DNA of 64,000 bases, taken from positions 2,400,001 through 2,464,000 of the forward strand of contig OY761556.1 in the NCBI GenBank assembly GCA_963664705.1. Reading direction: 5' to 3'. Position 1 is the first letter of the stretch; each line of letters starts with the position of its first letter. Position numbers and translations under genes: made by a program. This DNA comes from Acidobacteriota bacterium. Its GTDB lineage: Bacteria > Acidobacteriota > UBA6911. The notes beneath the pieces are model-generated. The model was not told where the DNA came from and ran no database searches. It saw nothing but the letters and a program-made list of their open reading frames with translations. Positions 1-10,524 of this stretch are shown here, piece after piece.

Positions 1-1
1 A

Positions 2-805
2 GCTCTTGAAGTCGCCCAGAATGAAGCGCAGGCCGCCTTTGGCTCTGGAGACGTCTATTTCGAAAAATACATTCCGGTCGCCCACCATATCGAGTTTCAG
101 ATCCTTGCCGACCATGAAGGGAATGTCGTACATCTGGGCGAGAGAGAGTGCTCCATTCAGCGCAGGTATCAAAAGCTGATTGAAGAATCCCCTTCCCCCT
201 TTATCACCCCTGAACTCAGACATGAGATCGGCGAACTGGCGGTAAGAGCTGCCCGGAGCGTGAATTATTCAAACGCCGGCACGATGGAGTTCATCGTGGA
301 TGATCAACGCCGCTATTACTTCATGGAGATGAACACACGCATTCAGGTGGAACACCCGGTTACCGAAATGGTGACCGGCTTTGACATGGTAAAGGAACAG
401 ATCCGTATCGCAAGCCGCGCAAAACTGGGGTATACGCAGAAGGACATTCAATTCCGCGGTAATGCCATTGAATGCAGAATCAACGCAGAGCGTCCCGACA
501 CGTTTCTTCCCTGCCCTGGCACCCTCAAGACTTTCCATCAGCCGGCCGGCATTGGAATTCGCGTGGATACTGCCGCCTACAATGAGTATGTCATCACTCC
601 TTATTACGACTCTCTGATCGCAAAAATCATTGCCTACGGAAAAAACCGCACCGAGGCAATTGGCCGCATGAAACGGGCTTTGGAAATGACCGTGATCGAG
701 GGAGTCGAAACCACGATCCCGCTGCATCAGAAGATACTGATTCATGACGATTTCGTGGCGGGGCACATTCATACGCGGTTTCTTGATCAAATCCTTCACA
801 AGTAG
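2..805 (+). CDS. accC: Acetyl-CoA carboxylase biotin carboxylase subunit (5'-truncated by the window edge)
   Basis: Frame is open from position 2 (ALEVAQNEAQAAFGSGDVYFEK...); contains ERECSIQRR, FMEMNTRIQVEHPVTE and YYDSLIAK motifs. Confidence 0.95.
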   Translation, partial: ALEVAQNEAQAAFGSGDVYFEKYIPVAHHIEFQILADHEGNVVHLGERECSIQRRYQKLIEESPSPFITPELRHEIGELAVRAARSVNYSNAGTMEFIVDDQRRYYFMEMNTRIQVEHPVTEMVTGFDMVKEQIRIASRAKLGYTQKDIQFRGNAIECRINAERPDTFLPCPGTLKTFHQPAGIGIRVDTAAYNEYVITPYYDSLIAKIIAYGKNRTEAIGRMKRALEMTVIEGVETTIPLHQKILIHDDFVAGHIHTRFLDQILHK

Positions 806-849
806 CCGCCGGCTCGGGCTTTGAAACCCAGGGCTGAAACCTTTTGCCT

Positions 850-1479
850 ATGAAACTGACGCTTCCCCCGATATACCCAATTACCGACAAAAAGCTGGCG
901 CACCAAGACACGCACTTCGCTATTCTCAAAGAACTCGTTCGTGGAGGAGCACGGCTGGTGCAGATTCGCGACAAGATCACGCCGGCCCATTTGCTTTTAC
1001 GCGATCTGCTGCGCTGTGTCGAATTCGCGCGACAAAAAAAGGTGACACTGATTGTGAATGATCGCTGTGACCTCGTCCTCAGCTGTCACGCTATGGGGGT
1101 TCATTTGGGTCAGGAAGACATCCCGCCGGCCGCAGCAAGGGCAATTCTGGAGAGCAGACAGATCATCGGTTTTTCAACCCATTCCCTGGCACAGGTACGA
1201 GAAGCCGCCGGCATGCCGATTCAATATATCGGCTACGGGCCTGTCTATAATACATCCACCAAGGTAAATGCCTCGCCGACTGTCGGACTCAGGCGACTGC
1301 GAAAAGTATGCCGGATATCGCCGGTGCCGGTTGTCGCAATCGGAGGCATAGGGATCGATGAGGTTCGACCTGTGCTTGACGCGGGAGCCGCGAGCGCCGC
1401 CGTTATTTCTGCGCTGATGACCGCAAAGGATCTAGCGCACCAGATGGAGCGTTTTCTGAAAGAAGCCACGGCGAAATGA
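850..1479 (+). CDS. thiE: Thiamine-phosphate synthase
   Basis: QIRDK, IVNDRCDL, GVHLGQED, STHS, TSTK and VAIGGI motifs. Confidence 0.93.
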   Translation: MKLTLPPIYPITDKKLAHQDTHFAILKELVRGGARLVQIRDKITPAHLLLRDLLRCVEFARQKKVTLIVNDRCDLVLSCHAMGVHLGQEDIPPAAARAILESRQIIGFSTHSLAQVREAAGMPIQYIGYGPVYNTSTKVNASPTVGLRRLRKVCRISPVPVVAIGGIGIDEVRPVLDAGAASAAVISALMTAKDLAHQMERFLKEATAK

Positions 1480-2593
1480 TCGATCTTGAATAGGAAGGAT
1501 AGGTCTCGAGCACAATATCGGTACCGGCGAAGAACGATCGGTTGAGCTTAAACCGCGGAGATTCGGCAATAACGTCATACCCGCTCCCACCCACGGCCGG
1601 AACGGCATCCTTGCCCCCCAACACCATCGGCGCCACCAGGAAATAGAACTTGTCGACCCTGCCCTCGGACAGGAAAGACCAGTGAACCAGGCTTCCCCCT
1701 TCGACGAGCACGCTGAGGACATCTCGTTTGCCCAGCTCTCGCAGGATAGAATGCAAGTCCAAATTATCACCGGATGCGGCGGTGGGCAGAATTTCCGCAC
1801 CCTTCATTTCGAGTTCCGCCTTCCTGGCCGCCGGAGCATCGGGCGCGCAGAAAATCAGCACGGGATAGCGATCGGCCATTTGAAGGAGGCGCGCGTCCGA
1901 TGGCGTCCGGAGATGGGTATCCAGGATGATACGCATTAGTGGCCGTGCCTTGGGATATTTCCCTCTATAGGTCAATTCCGGATCATCGGCAAGAATTGTA
2001 CCCACGCCGACCAAAAGAGCATCCGCATGCCATCGGAGCTTCTGTCCGAATTCCATGCCTTCTATGGAGGAAATATTGCGGTCCATCCGCGAGGCGGTTC
2101 CGATTTTGCCATCCAGGGACATTCCCACCTTCGAAACTACAAGAGGAAGGCCCGTGGTAATGCGGCACGCGAATGCTTCGATAATTCTGCCGGCTTCTTC
2201 AGCCATCAACCCAACATCAACCTGAATCCCGGCAGAACGCAGGCGATCAATACCCTGTCCAGAAACCCTGGGATTCGGATCTATCCGCGCAACCACTACA
2301 CGCGTTATTCCAGCCTCAATCAATCGGTCGGCACAAGGCGGAGTTCGCCCCTGATGGGAACAGGGTTCCAGCGTTACGTACGCGGTGGCGTCCCTCGCTT
2401 GGCCAGCCGATTCTCTCAGCGCGTGCACCTCGGCATGGTCCAGAAGGGCATACTCATGATATCCCTTCCCAATCATCTTCCCCGCTTTGACCACGACACA
2501 GCCGACGCTTGGATTGGGGCTAGCCGCCCCCATCCCTTTCTCGGCAAGAGCCAGGGCTCTTTTCATATATCTGCGATCCTGTGCATCAAACAT
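1403..2593 (-). CDS. ribD: Bifunctional diaminohydroxyphosphoribosylaminopyrimidine deaminase/reductase
   Basis: NPSVGC, HAE, TLEPCSH...PPC and VEGG motifs; start placed at ATG 2593 (MFDAQD). The 3' end overlaps thiE by 77 bp. Confidence 0.93.
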   Translation of the reverse strand: MFDAQDRRYMKRALALAEKGMGAASPNPSVGCVVVKAGKMIGKGYHEYALLDHAEVHALRESAGQARDATAYVTLEPCSHQGRTPPCADRLIEAGITRVVVARIDPNPRVSGQGIDRLRSAGIQVDVGLMAEEAGRIIEAFACRITTGLPLVVSKVGMSLDGKIGTASRMDRNISSIEGMEFGQKLRWHADALLVGVGTILADDPELTYRGKYPKARPLMRIILDTHLRTPSDARLLQMADRYPVLIFCAPDAPAARKAELEMKGAEILPTAASGDNLDLHSILRELGKRDVLSVLVEGGSLVHWSFLSEGRVDKFYFLVAPMVLGGKDAVPAVGGSGYDVIAESPRFKLNRSFFAGTDIVLETYPSYSRSIISPWLLSENAPSGALDPLRSSAQK

Positions 2594-2618
2594 GATCACC
2601 TTGCCTGAAACAAAGATC

Positions 2619-3920
2619 CTATTTATCCTGCGGAGACTCCGATTTCGATTTTTCCGTATCCTCCGGCAGCTGAATGCGGATCCAATGCACCCGCTTACGG
2701 TCGGAATCCAAAATCCGAACACTCATCCCGGCCAGATCAAAAACCTCCCCAGGCGCGGGAACTCGCCCAAGGTATGCCATGACAAGTCCGGCCACGGTCG
2801 AGCTGTTTAAATCGTCAAACTCCCGGCCCGCCAGTTCTTCAAGGCGCGCCAATTCCGTACTGCCTCGAACAACAAATGTCCGTGGACCTTCCTCGATAAT
2901 CTTATTGACCTTGGCTTCATCCTCGTCGCGAATCTCGCCGACAATTTCCTCAACCAGATCCTCAATGGTAACCAGCCCGGCGACTCCACCATACTCGTCA
3001 ATAACAATTGCCGTGTGATCACCCCGCTCCTGCAGTTCCTTCAGGAGCTTGGATACGGGTTTTGTCTCCGGTACGAACAATACGGGGTTGATAAGGCTTG
3101 TGATAGGATCGGATTCTCTCCCTTTGACATACGCAGAGAGAAGCTGCCGGATATAAACAATTCCAATAATATGGTCAATGTCGCCCCGGTAGATTGGGAT
3201 TCTCGAATGGCGATACTGGACCATGGTTTCCCGCAGATCTCCAACCGTTGCCGTTTCCAAACAGCCAATGATCTTGGTTCGCGGCGTCATGACTCGGCCC
3301 ACAAGTGTGTTCCCGAACTCGACAACGGACTGAATAAGCTTGCTGTCCTCCTCCTGGAGAATGCCCTCATCCTCCCCGATTTCCAGGTAAGCCTGGATTT
3401 CCTCCCCGGTTGTCTCTTCATTCTCCTGTTCACGGCCATTCTCCACCTCTTCCTGCAATTTTCTATATAGGTTGAGAATACGCGACATGGGCGAAGCAAC
3501 AAACCGAAGGATCCCGTAGATGGGGCCAACAAGGCGCAAAAGCTGCACCAGTTTTTTTTCCGATTCGTTTTGAGTAAGCAGGCGGGGAAGCAGTTGTCGG
3601 AAAAGGACCGAAACCAGAATAATGAATGCAAAAGAAACAGCAAGGCCGAGCCGGTCCCAGGTCATCAGGCTCAGATGCGTCACCAGGATGGCGATGCTGA
3701 TCACGGAAAGCTGAATCCCGAAATGCAGCGGTACAAGGATCTGCATTCGATCCTCAAGTACGGCTGTGAAAAGGTCCGAATCAGGAGCATCCGGGGGTTC
3801 CGCGATGGTGCGCAACACAACCGGACTCGATTGCGCAATGGCGCTCTCGACAAGAGAAAGCAGGAACAGCAATATCAAAAAAATGGCAATAAAAGCCAAC
3901 TCGATATCGAAACCGGTCAT
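2619..3920 (-). CDS. CNNM/HlyC-CorC family membrane protein with CBS domains
   Basis: N-terminal transmembrane segments, VMTPR, HSRIPIY, IDEYGG...TIEDLVEEIVGEI and a C-terminal CorC domain. Confidence 0.88.
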   Translation of the reverse strand: MTGFDIELAFIAIFLILLFLLSLVESAIAQSSPVVLRTIAEPPDAPDSDLFTAVLEDRMQILVPLHFGIQLSVISIAILVTHLSLMTWDRLGLAVSFAFIILVSVLFRQLLPRLLTQNESEKKLVQLLRLVGPIYGILRFVASPMSRILNLYRKLQEEVENGREQENEETTGEEIQAYLEIGEDEGILQEEDSKLIQSVVEFGNTLVGRVMTPRTKIIGCLETATVGDLRETMVQYRHSRIPIYRGDIDHIIGIVYIRQLLSAYVKGRESDPITSLINPVLFVPETKPVSKLLKELQERGDHTAIVIDEYGGVAGLVTIEDLVEEIVGEIRDEDEAKVNKIIEEGPRTFVVRGSTELARLEELAGREFDDLNSSTVAGLVMAYLGRVPAPGEVFDLAGMSVRILDSDRKRVHWIRIQLPEDTEKSKSESPQDK

Positions 3921-4420
3921 TCCTTTACTTTCAGTTGCGTCAGCAGGGGTGGGTCATCAAAGAACTTGCGACGCATCAGCTTTGCCTGCATCCGGTTCAT
4001 CTGCCCCCTGTCGGTTTCGTGGTCATACCCCATCAGGTGCAGCGTTCCATGCACGAGAAGCTTCCGAAGCTCTTTTTCAGGCTTCACGCCATATTTAACA
4101 GCCTGGTCAGCGGCAATCTCCGGAGCGATAACCACTTCCCCGATGAAGGACATTCCCTCCATGTTCACGCCCCTATAGGCGAAGCTTAACACGTCGGTGG
4201 CATAGTCCTTTCCCCGGTATTTGTGATTGATCGCCCTCATTTCACGCGCGCCGAGAAAGACCACGGAGACTGCGCGGTCGGGCATATCGAGAGTCCGGAG
4301 CAGCTCCGTGCAAAACAATGCGACTGCCCTCCGATCAATTCTATACTGTCGTTGCCGGTTCAGAACCGGAATTCTTCGCAGCAGGTCCTTTGGAATCTTC
4401 GTTCGTGCTTTTAAAGTCAT
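3917..4420 (-). CDS. ybeY: rRNA maturation endoribonuclease YbeY
   Basis: YRGKDYATDVLSF and HGTLHLMGYDH motifs; exact start uncertain because it overlaps the upstream gene. Confidence 0.92.
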   Translation of the reverse strand: MTLKARTKIPKDLLRRIPVLNRQRQYRIDRRAVALFCTELLRTLDMPDRAVSVVFLGAREMRAINHKYRGKDYATDVLSFAYRGVNMEGMSFIGEVVIAPEIAADQAVKYGVKPEKELRKLLVHGTLHLMGYDHETDRGQMNRMQAKLMRRKFFDDPPLLTQLKVKE

Positions 4421-6689
4421 ATCCTGGATAATCAATGCGGTGGTGGAAAATCCCCGTTACTATTTTGACAAAGCTCTCTTTTACAAGCCTGACATCACGA
4501 AGCGTAATATCGCATTCATCAAGCTGGTTGTCCCCTACAATATCGTCAACCAACCGATCGATCATACCCTGAATTTGGGCGGCAGTGGGCTGGGACAAAG
4601 TTCTGGATGCGGCTTCGACCGAATCTGCCATCATCACAATCGCGGCCTCCCGGCTCTGCGGTTTCGGTCCGGGATACCGGAATTCCGATTCTACCGTTTC
4701 CTGAGCATTGCCGTTCGCCGCTTCCCTGGCCTTCTGAAAAAAATATGTCATCATACGCGTCCCGTGGTGCTGCGGGATCACATCGCTGATTCGCTGTGGC
4801 AATCCAATTTCCTTCGCCAGCTGCAGCCCATCCTTTACGTGGCTCGAGATAATCTCGCAACTCGTGTTGGGCGAAAGATCTTCGTGCTTATTTCCTCCAT
4901 ACGCCTGGTTTTCAACAAAGTACTCCGGCTTCAGCAGCTTTCCAACATCGTGATAATAGGCAGCAACGCGGGCAAGCAGTGAATTGGCGCCTATTGATTC
5001 CGCCGCCACCTCTGCCAGCGTCGCCACCATCAGGCTGTGGTGATAGGTGCCGGGAGCCTCGACCGAAAGCCTTCGCAGCACCGGGGCATTCAGATTGGAT
5101 AATTCCAGCAGTCTGATGTCCGTGACTATTTTAAAGATGGATTCTAGTGCCGGCAGAAGCATGGATGCCAGCGCCGCCGCAAGCATCCCGCTGACCAGCG
5201 CCAATACGATGCGGTCCAGGACGCTTGCTACCGTTAATGATGACTGACGCAGGATAGCCAATCCGCACAGGCAAAGGATATTCACAACGCCGATTGTGAG
5301 GCCCGCCTTGAGAATGGCGGCACGGTCCCGGTATTGCCGTATGCCATAGATGCCGGCCAGACTTCCAATGATCAGATAGGCTGCGAGATCGATATTGCCG
5401 TAATACAAGCCTGTGAGAATGGAGAGTACAACCGAGGTTGCAATCCCAATATTTACGTCAATCAGCAGCGTGGCTAGAAGCGCACCAAAAGCCAGGGGAA
5501 TGCCGTAATACAGGATAGACGGATCGTGAAACCGCTGGAATCTCTCCCCGAGAATATCCGCAAGAGCGGTCGCGATCCGAAGGGTCAGCAACTCGCAACC
5601 GATAATCACAAGCGCCAGAGTCATGCGATTCCTGGCTTTGCGATGGCCGGACTGGTTAAAGATAAGGTAGCGCCAGAGAGAATCGACAAAAATGCCGCAC
5701 AAGAGAAAATAGCCTGCAAACTGCCAGATCAGCGAACGCGGCCGCTGCAACTTTTTCAGAGCCTCCAGTTGCAGCAGTACGTTTGGAGATACCTGCTCTC
5801 CGCTGCGAATGATTGTCTGCCCTTGCCGGATCTGTAATTCTACCGGTTGAACGCGCAGGGCCGCCTGAGCGCGACGGTTCTCGGTTTCCGATCGATCATA
5901 AACCAATGTGGGCAGTAGCGAACTCTCAAGAAACTGAATGATGAGGTCCCGCTCCCTGGGCGCAAGATCGGAAAAATCGGAACGGAACTGGCGCAGATAC
6001 TCGCGTGCAGAACCCAGATCCCTTGCGGCATAGGCGTCAGTAAGAGGGTGTTCAAATGGAAATGCCCCATCCCGAATGACAATGCCGGCTCGCTGGTCCT
6101 TGAGGAATTTTGCGCGATCCCCAATGACGCCATCCCGCAAAACGCTGTCCAAAATTTTCAGCATTCTGCTTTCGATGGCAGCACCAAACTTCTGCCGCAG
6201 CAGGACGGCAACCAGTGAATCCGGGAAAACCCGGCCGATTTGGGAAGATAGTTTTTTCTGTAGGTCCCGTTCTTCTGCGAGGGCCGGCGTGGATTTTGCG
6301 GCAGCTATCTGCTGGTTAACTATGTCACGAGCGCGGGCAAACGCTGCGGCGATGGTTTTTTCCTGGTCCGCAATATGGTCGGCATCAAGTCTGTAGACCG
6401 AAGCAACCCCAGCCTCCGCTTCCGCGCGTCGCAGGGCTGTGGCTCCGATATCTTCGTAAGCAATATCCTGAAGGGCACGGACATCCGTGTCGGCGATCTG
6501 CCCGAGCTTGTAATCCGGTATGAATTCGTAACGGAATCCAATAAGGATGCCGGAGAAAACCGCGACGGCACAAAGGCCGACGAGGGCATCCGACCATGTG
6601 AGCCCGCTGCGAAGGTTATCCAGCAGCTTCCAATACCAGCGCTGCGGGGGCCCTTCCCACCATCTCCCAAATCTTGCGAAGGTAGTCAT
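4341..6689 (-). CDS. 7TM-HD family phosphohydrolase (PgpH-like, putative c-di-AMP phosphodiesterase)
   Basis: Extracellular domain, 7TM region, APGTYHHS, YYHDVGK, QHHGT and ADSVEAASR motifs; usual position next to ybeY. Confidence 0.88.
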   Translation of the reverse strand: MTTFARFGRWWEGPPQRWYWKLLDNLRSGLTWSDALVGLCAVAVFSGILIGFRYEFIPDYKLGQIADTDVRALQDIAYEDIGATALRRAEAEAGVASVYRLDADHIADQEKTIAAAFARARDIVNQQIAAAKSTPALAEERDLQKKLSSQIGRVFPDSLVAVLLRQKFGAAIESRMLKILDSVLRDGVIGDRAKFLKDQRAGIVIRDGAFPFEHPLTDAYAARDLGSAREYLRQFRSDFSDLAPRERDLIIQFLESSLLPTLVYDRSETENRRAQAALRVQPVELQIRQGQTIIRSGEQVSPNVLLQLEALKKLQRPRSLIWQFAGYFLLCGIFVDSLWRYLIFNQSGHRKARNRMTLALVIIGCELLTLRIATALADILGERFQRFHDPSILYYGIPLAFGALLATLLIDVNIGIATSVVLSILTGLYYGNIDLAAYLIIGSLAGIYGIRQYRDRAAILKAGLTIGVVNILCLCGLAILRQSSLTVASVLDRIVLALVSGMLAAALASMLLPALESIFKIVTDIRLLELSNLNAPVLRRLSVEAPGTYHHSLMVATLAEVAAESIGANSLLARVAAYYHDVGKLLKPEYFVENQAYGGNKHEDLSPNTSCEIISSHVKDGLQLAKEIGLPQRISDVIPQHHGTRMMTYFFQKAREAANGNAQETVESEFRYPGPKPQSREAAIVMMADSVEAASRTLSQPTAAQIQGMIDRLVDDIVGDNQLDECDITLRDVRLVKESFVKIVTGIFHHRIDYPGYDFKSTNEDSKGPAAKNSGSEPATTV

Positions 6690-6857
6690 TTTAGGTCATC
6701 ACAGACCCTGTAAAAACGACGATCGATCCGGGAATCGACCTAAAGGCAGAATCGGCGCTGAATCCAAATGATTCAGCGCCGATTCTGCATTCCCATACCA
6801 GGAATTATCCTCAATACACGGGAGACAGGCCCCGCCTATTGCAAGGGCAATTCCCTG

Positions 6858-7838
6858 TTAAGATTTGAGCTTCTTGACCGCTTCTGTCAGCGCCGGCACG
6901 ACGGCAAACAAATCTCCCACGATACCGTAATCGGCAACGTTAAAGATCGGAGCTTCCGGGTCTTTGTTGATGGCAACGATGTACTTTGACGAGGACATTC
7001 CCGCCAGATGCTGGATTGCTCCGCTGATCCCGCAGGCAATGTACATCGTGGGCGAAACGGTTTTCCCGGTCTGCCCGACCTGGTGATGATGGTCAATCCA
7101 GCCAGCATCGACCGCGGCGCGCGAAGCACCCAGAGCTCCTCCGAGGGCATCCGCCAGAGCTTCAATCATGGGGAAGTTCTCGGGCCCTTTGACTCCCCTT
7201 CCACCGGAAACAATGATATTCGCCTCCGTGAGCTCGACCTTTTGTCCGGCTGATACCTGGACTTCCTTGACGGAAGCATGGATCTGGTCGGCACTCAATT
7301 CCGGCGTGAAGGCTTCGGTTTCGGCGTTGCGCCCGGAATCGGGGGCGCCCAGGGAAAATACATTCGGCCGAAGCGTCGCCATAGCCGGGCTCATGAGAAG
7401 CTTCACCCGTGCATAGGCCTTCCCTGCAAACATCGGACGGACGCATTCAAGCTGGTTCCCCTCGACGATATGGGCTTCAACGCAATCCTGCGCCAACCCC
7501 ACGCCAAGTCTTGCCGCCACTCTGGGCAGAAGATCCCGGCCCATCGCGCTTGCAGATCCCAGCAGGAACCGCGGCTGAACCTTTTGAACCGCCTGTACCA
7601 CAGCTGCGCAATAGCCTTCGGTCGAATATGCCTTCAGCAGGTCATGTTGCACGTTGATAATTTTATCGGCACCGTAGTGAGCCAGGTTGGCAGAAGGTTC
7701 CCCGCCTGCCAGGCGCAAGGCAACAACAGTTTCCTTCAATGTGTCGGCCAGTTTCCGAGCAGCGAACAAGGCTTCCAGCGACGTTTTTTTGATTTTCCCG
7801 TCGCGTTCTTCCATGAAGACCAGGATTCCCTGAGTCAT
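6858..7838 (-). CDS. etfA: Electron transfer flavoprotein alpha subunit
   Basis: [21 protein letters not shown] and GISGAIQH motifs. Confidence 0.96.
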   Translation of the reverse strand: MTQGILVFMEERDGKIKKTSLEALFAARKLADTLKETVVALRLAGGEPSANLAHYGADKIINVQHDLLKAYSTEGYCAAVVQAVQKVQPRFLLGSASAMGRDLLPRVAARLGVGLAQDCVEAHIVEGNQLECVRPMFAGKAYARVKLLMSPAMATLRPNVFSLGAPDSGRNAETEAFTPELSADQIHASVKEVQVSAGQKVELTEANIIVSGGRGVKGPENFPMIEALADALGGALGASRAAVDAGWIDHHHQVGQTGKTVSPTMYIACGISGAIQHLAGMSSSKYIVAINKDPEAPIFNVADYGIVGDLFAVVPALTEAVKKLKS

Positions 7839-7887
7839 CTCCCCTCCTTAAACATTCATGGCATAAATGAATGACGTCATAGCAGAC

Positions 7888-8664
7888 CTAGATGATTTTC
7901 GCCTCTTCATGAAGCAGCTTCACCAGCTGAGGCACGACTTCCGCAACATCTCCCTTGAGTATCTTGCCGGGCGGGCGAGATGGCGGCAGCGTCATCAGTT
8001 CAACGGAAACGCGAGGCTTCAGATCATCGGCAGTTAGTCCAAGTGCATCCACGGCCTGAATCGCGATCTGTTTTTTCTTGGCAGCCATAATCCCCTTCAA
8101 AGAGGCATAGCGGGGAACGTTTAATCCTTTCTGCGCGGTAATGACGGCAGGCAGGCTTCCCTCGATGATCTCCTGGGCGCCTTCGATGTCTCTCTCTGCG
8201 CGGAAAGTCTTATCATTGATCTCCAACTTCGCAACAACGGACGCCTGGGGAAAGCCGAGCTGCTCAGCCACGACCGATGGGACCTGCCCATTGTCGACGC
8301 CGATAGCATGCTTGCCGAACAGGATCAGGTCAGGGCCGAGATTGCGGCAGACTCGGGCCAGCACCGTACCCAGCACAAATGAATCGGCTTTATCCAGAGA
8401 AGCATCCTGAACCAGGATGGCACTGTCGGCACCCATAGCCAGGCATGTTCTGAGACCAGCAGTAGCCTGGTCGGATCCGGCTCCGACTACGACCACCTCT
8501 CCGCCAAGCTTTTCCTTAATCTTGAGCGCTTCTTCCACGGCGAATTCGTCGTAGGGGTTAACTACGAATGAAACGTCGGCAAGATCGATTTCCTTACCAC
8601 TGGAGGCGATCTTGATCTTGGTCGCTGTATCCGGAACAAACTTGACGCAAACGACTATCTTCAT
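7888..8664 (-). CDS. etfB: Electron transfer flavoprotein beta subunit
   Basis: CVKFVPD, NPYDEFAVEEA and PRYASLKGIM motifs. Confidence 0.96.
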   Translation of the reverse strand: MKIVVCVKFVPDTATKIKIASSGKEIDLADVSFVVNPYDEFAVEEALKIKEKLGGEVVVVGAGSDQATAGLRTCLAMGADSAILVQDASLDKADSFVLGTVLARVCRNLGPDLILFGKHAIGVDNGQVPSVVAEQLGFPQASVVAKLEINDKTFRAERDIEGAQEIIEGSLPAVITAQKGLNVPRYASLKGIMAAKKKQIAIQAVDALGLTADDLKPRVSVELMTLPPSRPPGKILKGDVAEVVPQLVKLLHEEAKII

Positions 8665-8772
8665 GATTAGTTCTCCGTTCTCTGCGAATTCAAGTCCACA
8701 GGCGCCGACACGCTATTCAATACGAATCCAACGCCAATTGCAAAGATATGCCGTTTCACTGTCCGGCTCGCA

Positions 8773-9012
8773 CTAATTTACATGAGCCTCTACATACTCT
8801 ATGGCGTTCTGCACCGTTTTGATCTTTTCAGCATCTTCATCGGGAATCTCGATGCCAAAGGCTTCTTCAAATGCCATCACCAACTCAATAGTGTCCAGGG
8901 AGTCCGCACCCAAGTCGTCCACAAACGACGCACCACCCGTCACTTCAGCCTCGTTGACACCCAACTGATCCACGATGATTGACTTGACCTTTTCTTCTAC
9001 CGATGCTGCCAT
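8773..9012 (-). CDS. acpP: Acyl carrier protein
   Basis: [19 protein letters not shown] motif; start MAASVEEK follows a GGAGG ribosome-binding site. Confidence 0.97.
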   Translation of the reverse strand: MAASVEEKVKSIIVDQLGVNEAEVTGGASFVDDLGADSLDTIELVMAFEEAFGIEIPDEDAEKIKTVQNAIEYVEAHVN

Positions 9013-9215
9013 TCCTATTCCTCCTGTTTCGTTTTGGCCACCAGTGAGCCCTAAAGCTGCGGCGCACATTGTAGCACCCCAAAATACGGAAGCAAGCGCT
9101 TCATGTTCAGTTTTTATCATCCGGGAATTCATGAAACCCGTGGCAAAAGCTCCAGACTGCCAGAAATTACATGAAGGATGTACGTGAGTGAATAGAACTA
9201 TGGATTAGAGGCAGA

Positions 9216-10244
9216 CTATCTGCCCAGAGAGGAAATACCGTCGGTCTCGCCGCTGATTTGCCCCAATTCGGCTTCAAGCTTGGCATTGACCTGGTTTTCC
9301 GCAAACTCTTTGGCAACGCGTATCGCATTTTTAATTGCGTTACTGCTGGATCGTCCATGGCAGATAATCGAAACGCCTCGAAGCCCCAACAATGGTGCTC
9401 CTCCATATTCGGAGTAATCAAGACGCTTTTTGAGCCGCTTGAAAGATCGCTGACTCAGCAAGGCGCCAAGCTTGGCCTGGAGATTCCTGGAAAGCTCATC
9501 CTTTAAAAGCTTTAGCACTGCTTCGATGAGTCCTTCGCTGGTCTTGAGCGCTACATTCCCGGTAAATCCGTCACAGACGATGACATCAGCCCGGCCATTG
9601 TAGATGTCCCGGCCTTCGACGTTGCCTATGAAGTTCAAGTGGAGCTGCTTCAGCGTCTTATGTACTTCCTTGGTAAGATCGTTCCCCTTGGACTCCTCCT
9701 CGCCAACCGACATGAGTCCCACCCGCGGAGAGGAAACGCCGACGATCTTTTTGCTGAACAAATGCCCCATGACCGCGAACTGAACCAAGTGATGCGGCTT
9801 GCAGGCAACATTCGCACCCACATCCAGCAAAACTGCATGTCCCGCCAGCGTAGGTAGAATGGCAGCCAGTGCGGGCCGATCCACGCCCGGAACGGCGCCA
9901 AACACCATTTTGGAAATCGCCATCACCGCCCCGGTATTGCCGGCGCTCACGAGACCGCTGGCGATCTTTTCCCGTACCAGGTCCGCCGCCACCCGAATGG
10001 ACGAATCCCTTTTCCTCCGAAGCGCCGCCGTGGGAAGCTCATCCATGGCGATCACCTGGGTTGCATTCCGGATCTCAATCGATAAGCCGTCACCACCTGC
10101 TTCCTTCAGGAGAGGAGTCAGCAAAGACTCCTTTCCCACAAGGATCACGTGTACGTCGTAGGCTTTTGCAGCCTGAACGGTTCCCTCAATTTCACTATAT
10201 GGGGAATTGTCGCTCCCCATTGCGTCGACGGCAATTTTAATCAT
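9216..10244 (-). CDS. plsX: Phosphate acyltransferase PlsX
   Basis: IAVDAMGSD, SAGNTGA, CDGFTGNVALK and HGRS motifs. Confidence 0.96.
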   Translation of the reverse strand: MIKIAVDAMGSDNSPYSEIEGTVQAAKAYDVHVILVGKESLLTPLLKEAGGDGLSIEIRNATQVIAMDELPTAALRRKRDSSIRVAADLVREKIASGLVSAGNTGAVMAISKMVFGAVPGVDRPALAAILPTLAGHAVLLDVGANVACKPHHLVQFAVMGHLFSKKIVGVSSPRVGLMSVGEEESKGNDLTKEVHKTLKQLHLNFIGNVEGRDIYNGRADVIVCDGFTGNVALKTSEGLIEAVLKLLKDELSRNLQAKLGALLSQRSFKRLKKRLDYSEYGGAPLLGLRGVSIICHGRSSSNAIKNAIRVAKEFAENQVNAKLEAELGQISGETDGISSLGR

Positions 10245-10289
10245 GTGAGCAAGGGACTTGAATAAGCTCGGCCAAGCAACCGGAACAGG

Positions 10290-10475
10290 TTAAATCTCTT
10301 CTTCGCCTTCCATTACCTGTCGACCCTTATAGAAGCCACACTTCGAACATGCTTGGTGCGGCGCTTTGGGTTCCAGGCACTGGGGGCATATGCTCGGATT
10401 CACAACCTGCAAAAAGTCATGCGCCCGTCTTTTTCCGCGGCGCGACTTGGAATGTCTCCTTTTCGGATTCGGCAT
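10290..10475 (-). CDS. rpmF: 50S ribosomal protein L32
   Basis: MPNPKRRHSK...RRAH and CxxC...CxxCG; lies between the DUF177 gene and plsX. Confidence 0.96.
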   Translation of the reverse strand: MPNPKRRHSKSRRGKRRAHDFLQVVNPSICPQCLEPKAPHQACSKCGFYKGRQVMEGEEEI

Positions 10476-10524
10476 GAACGCTGTTCTCCATCTTGTGGAA
10501 ATTAATCTTTACATCACCTGCGAC

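Noticed and set aside
1403-1479. 77-bp convergent overlap of thiE and ribD
   Set aside because: It involves a non-conserved C-terminal tail of RibD; such overlaps are common and uninformative.
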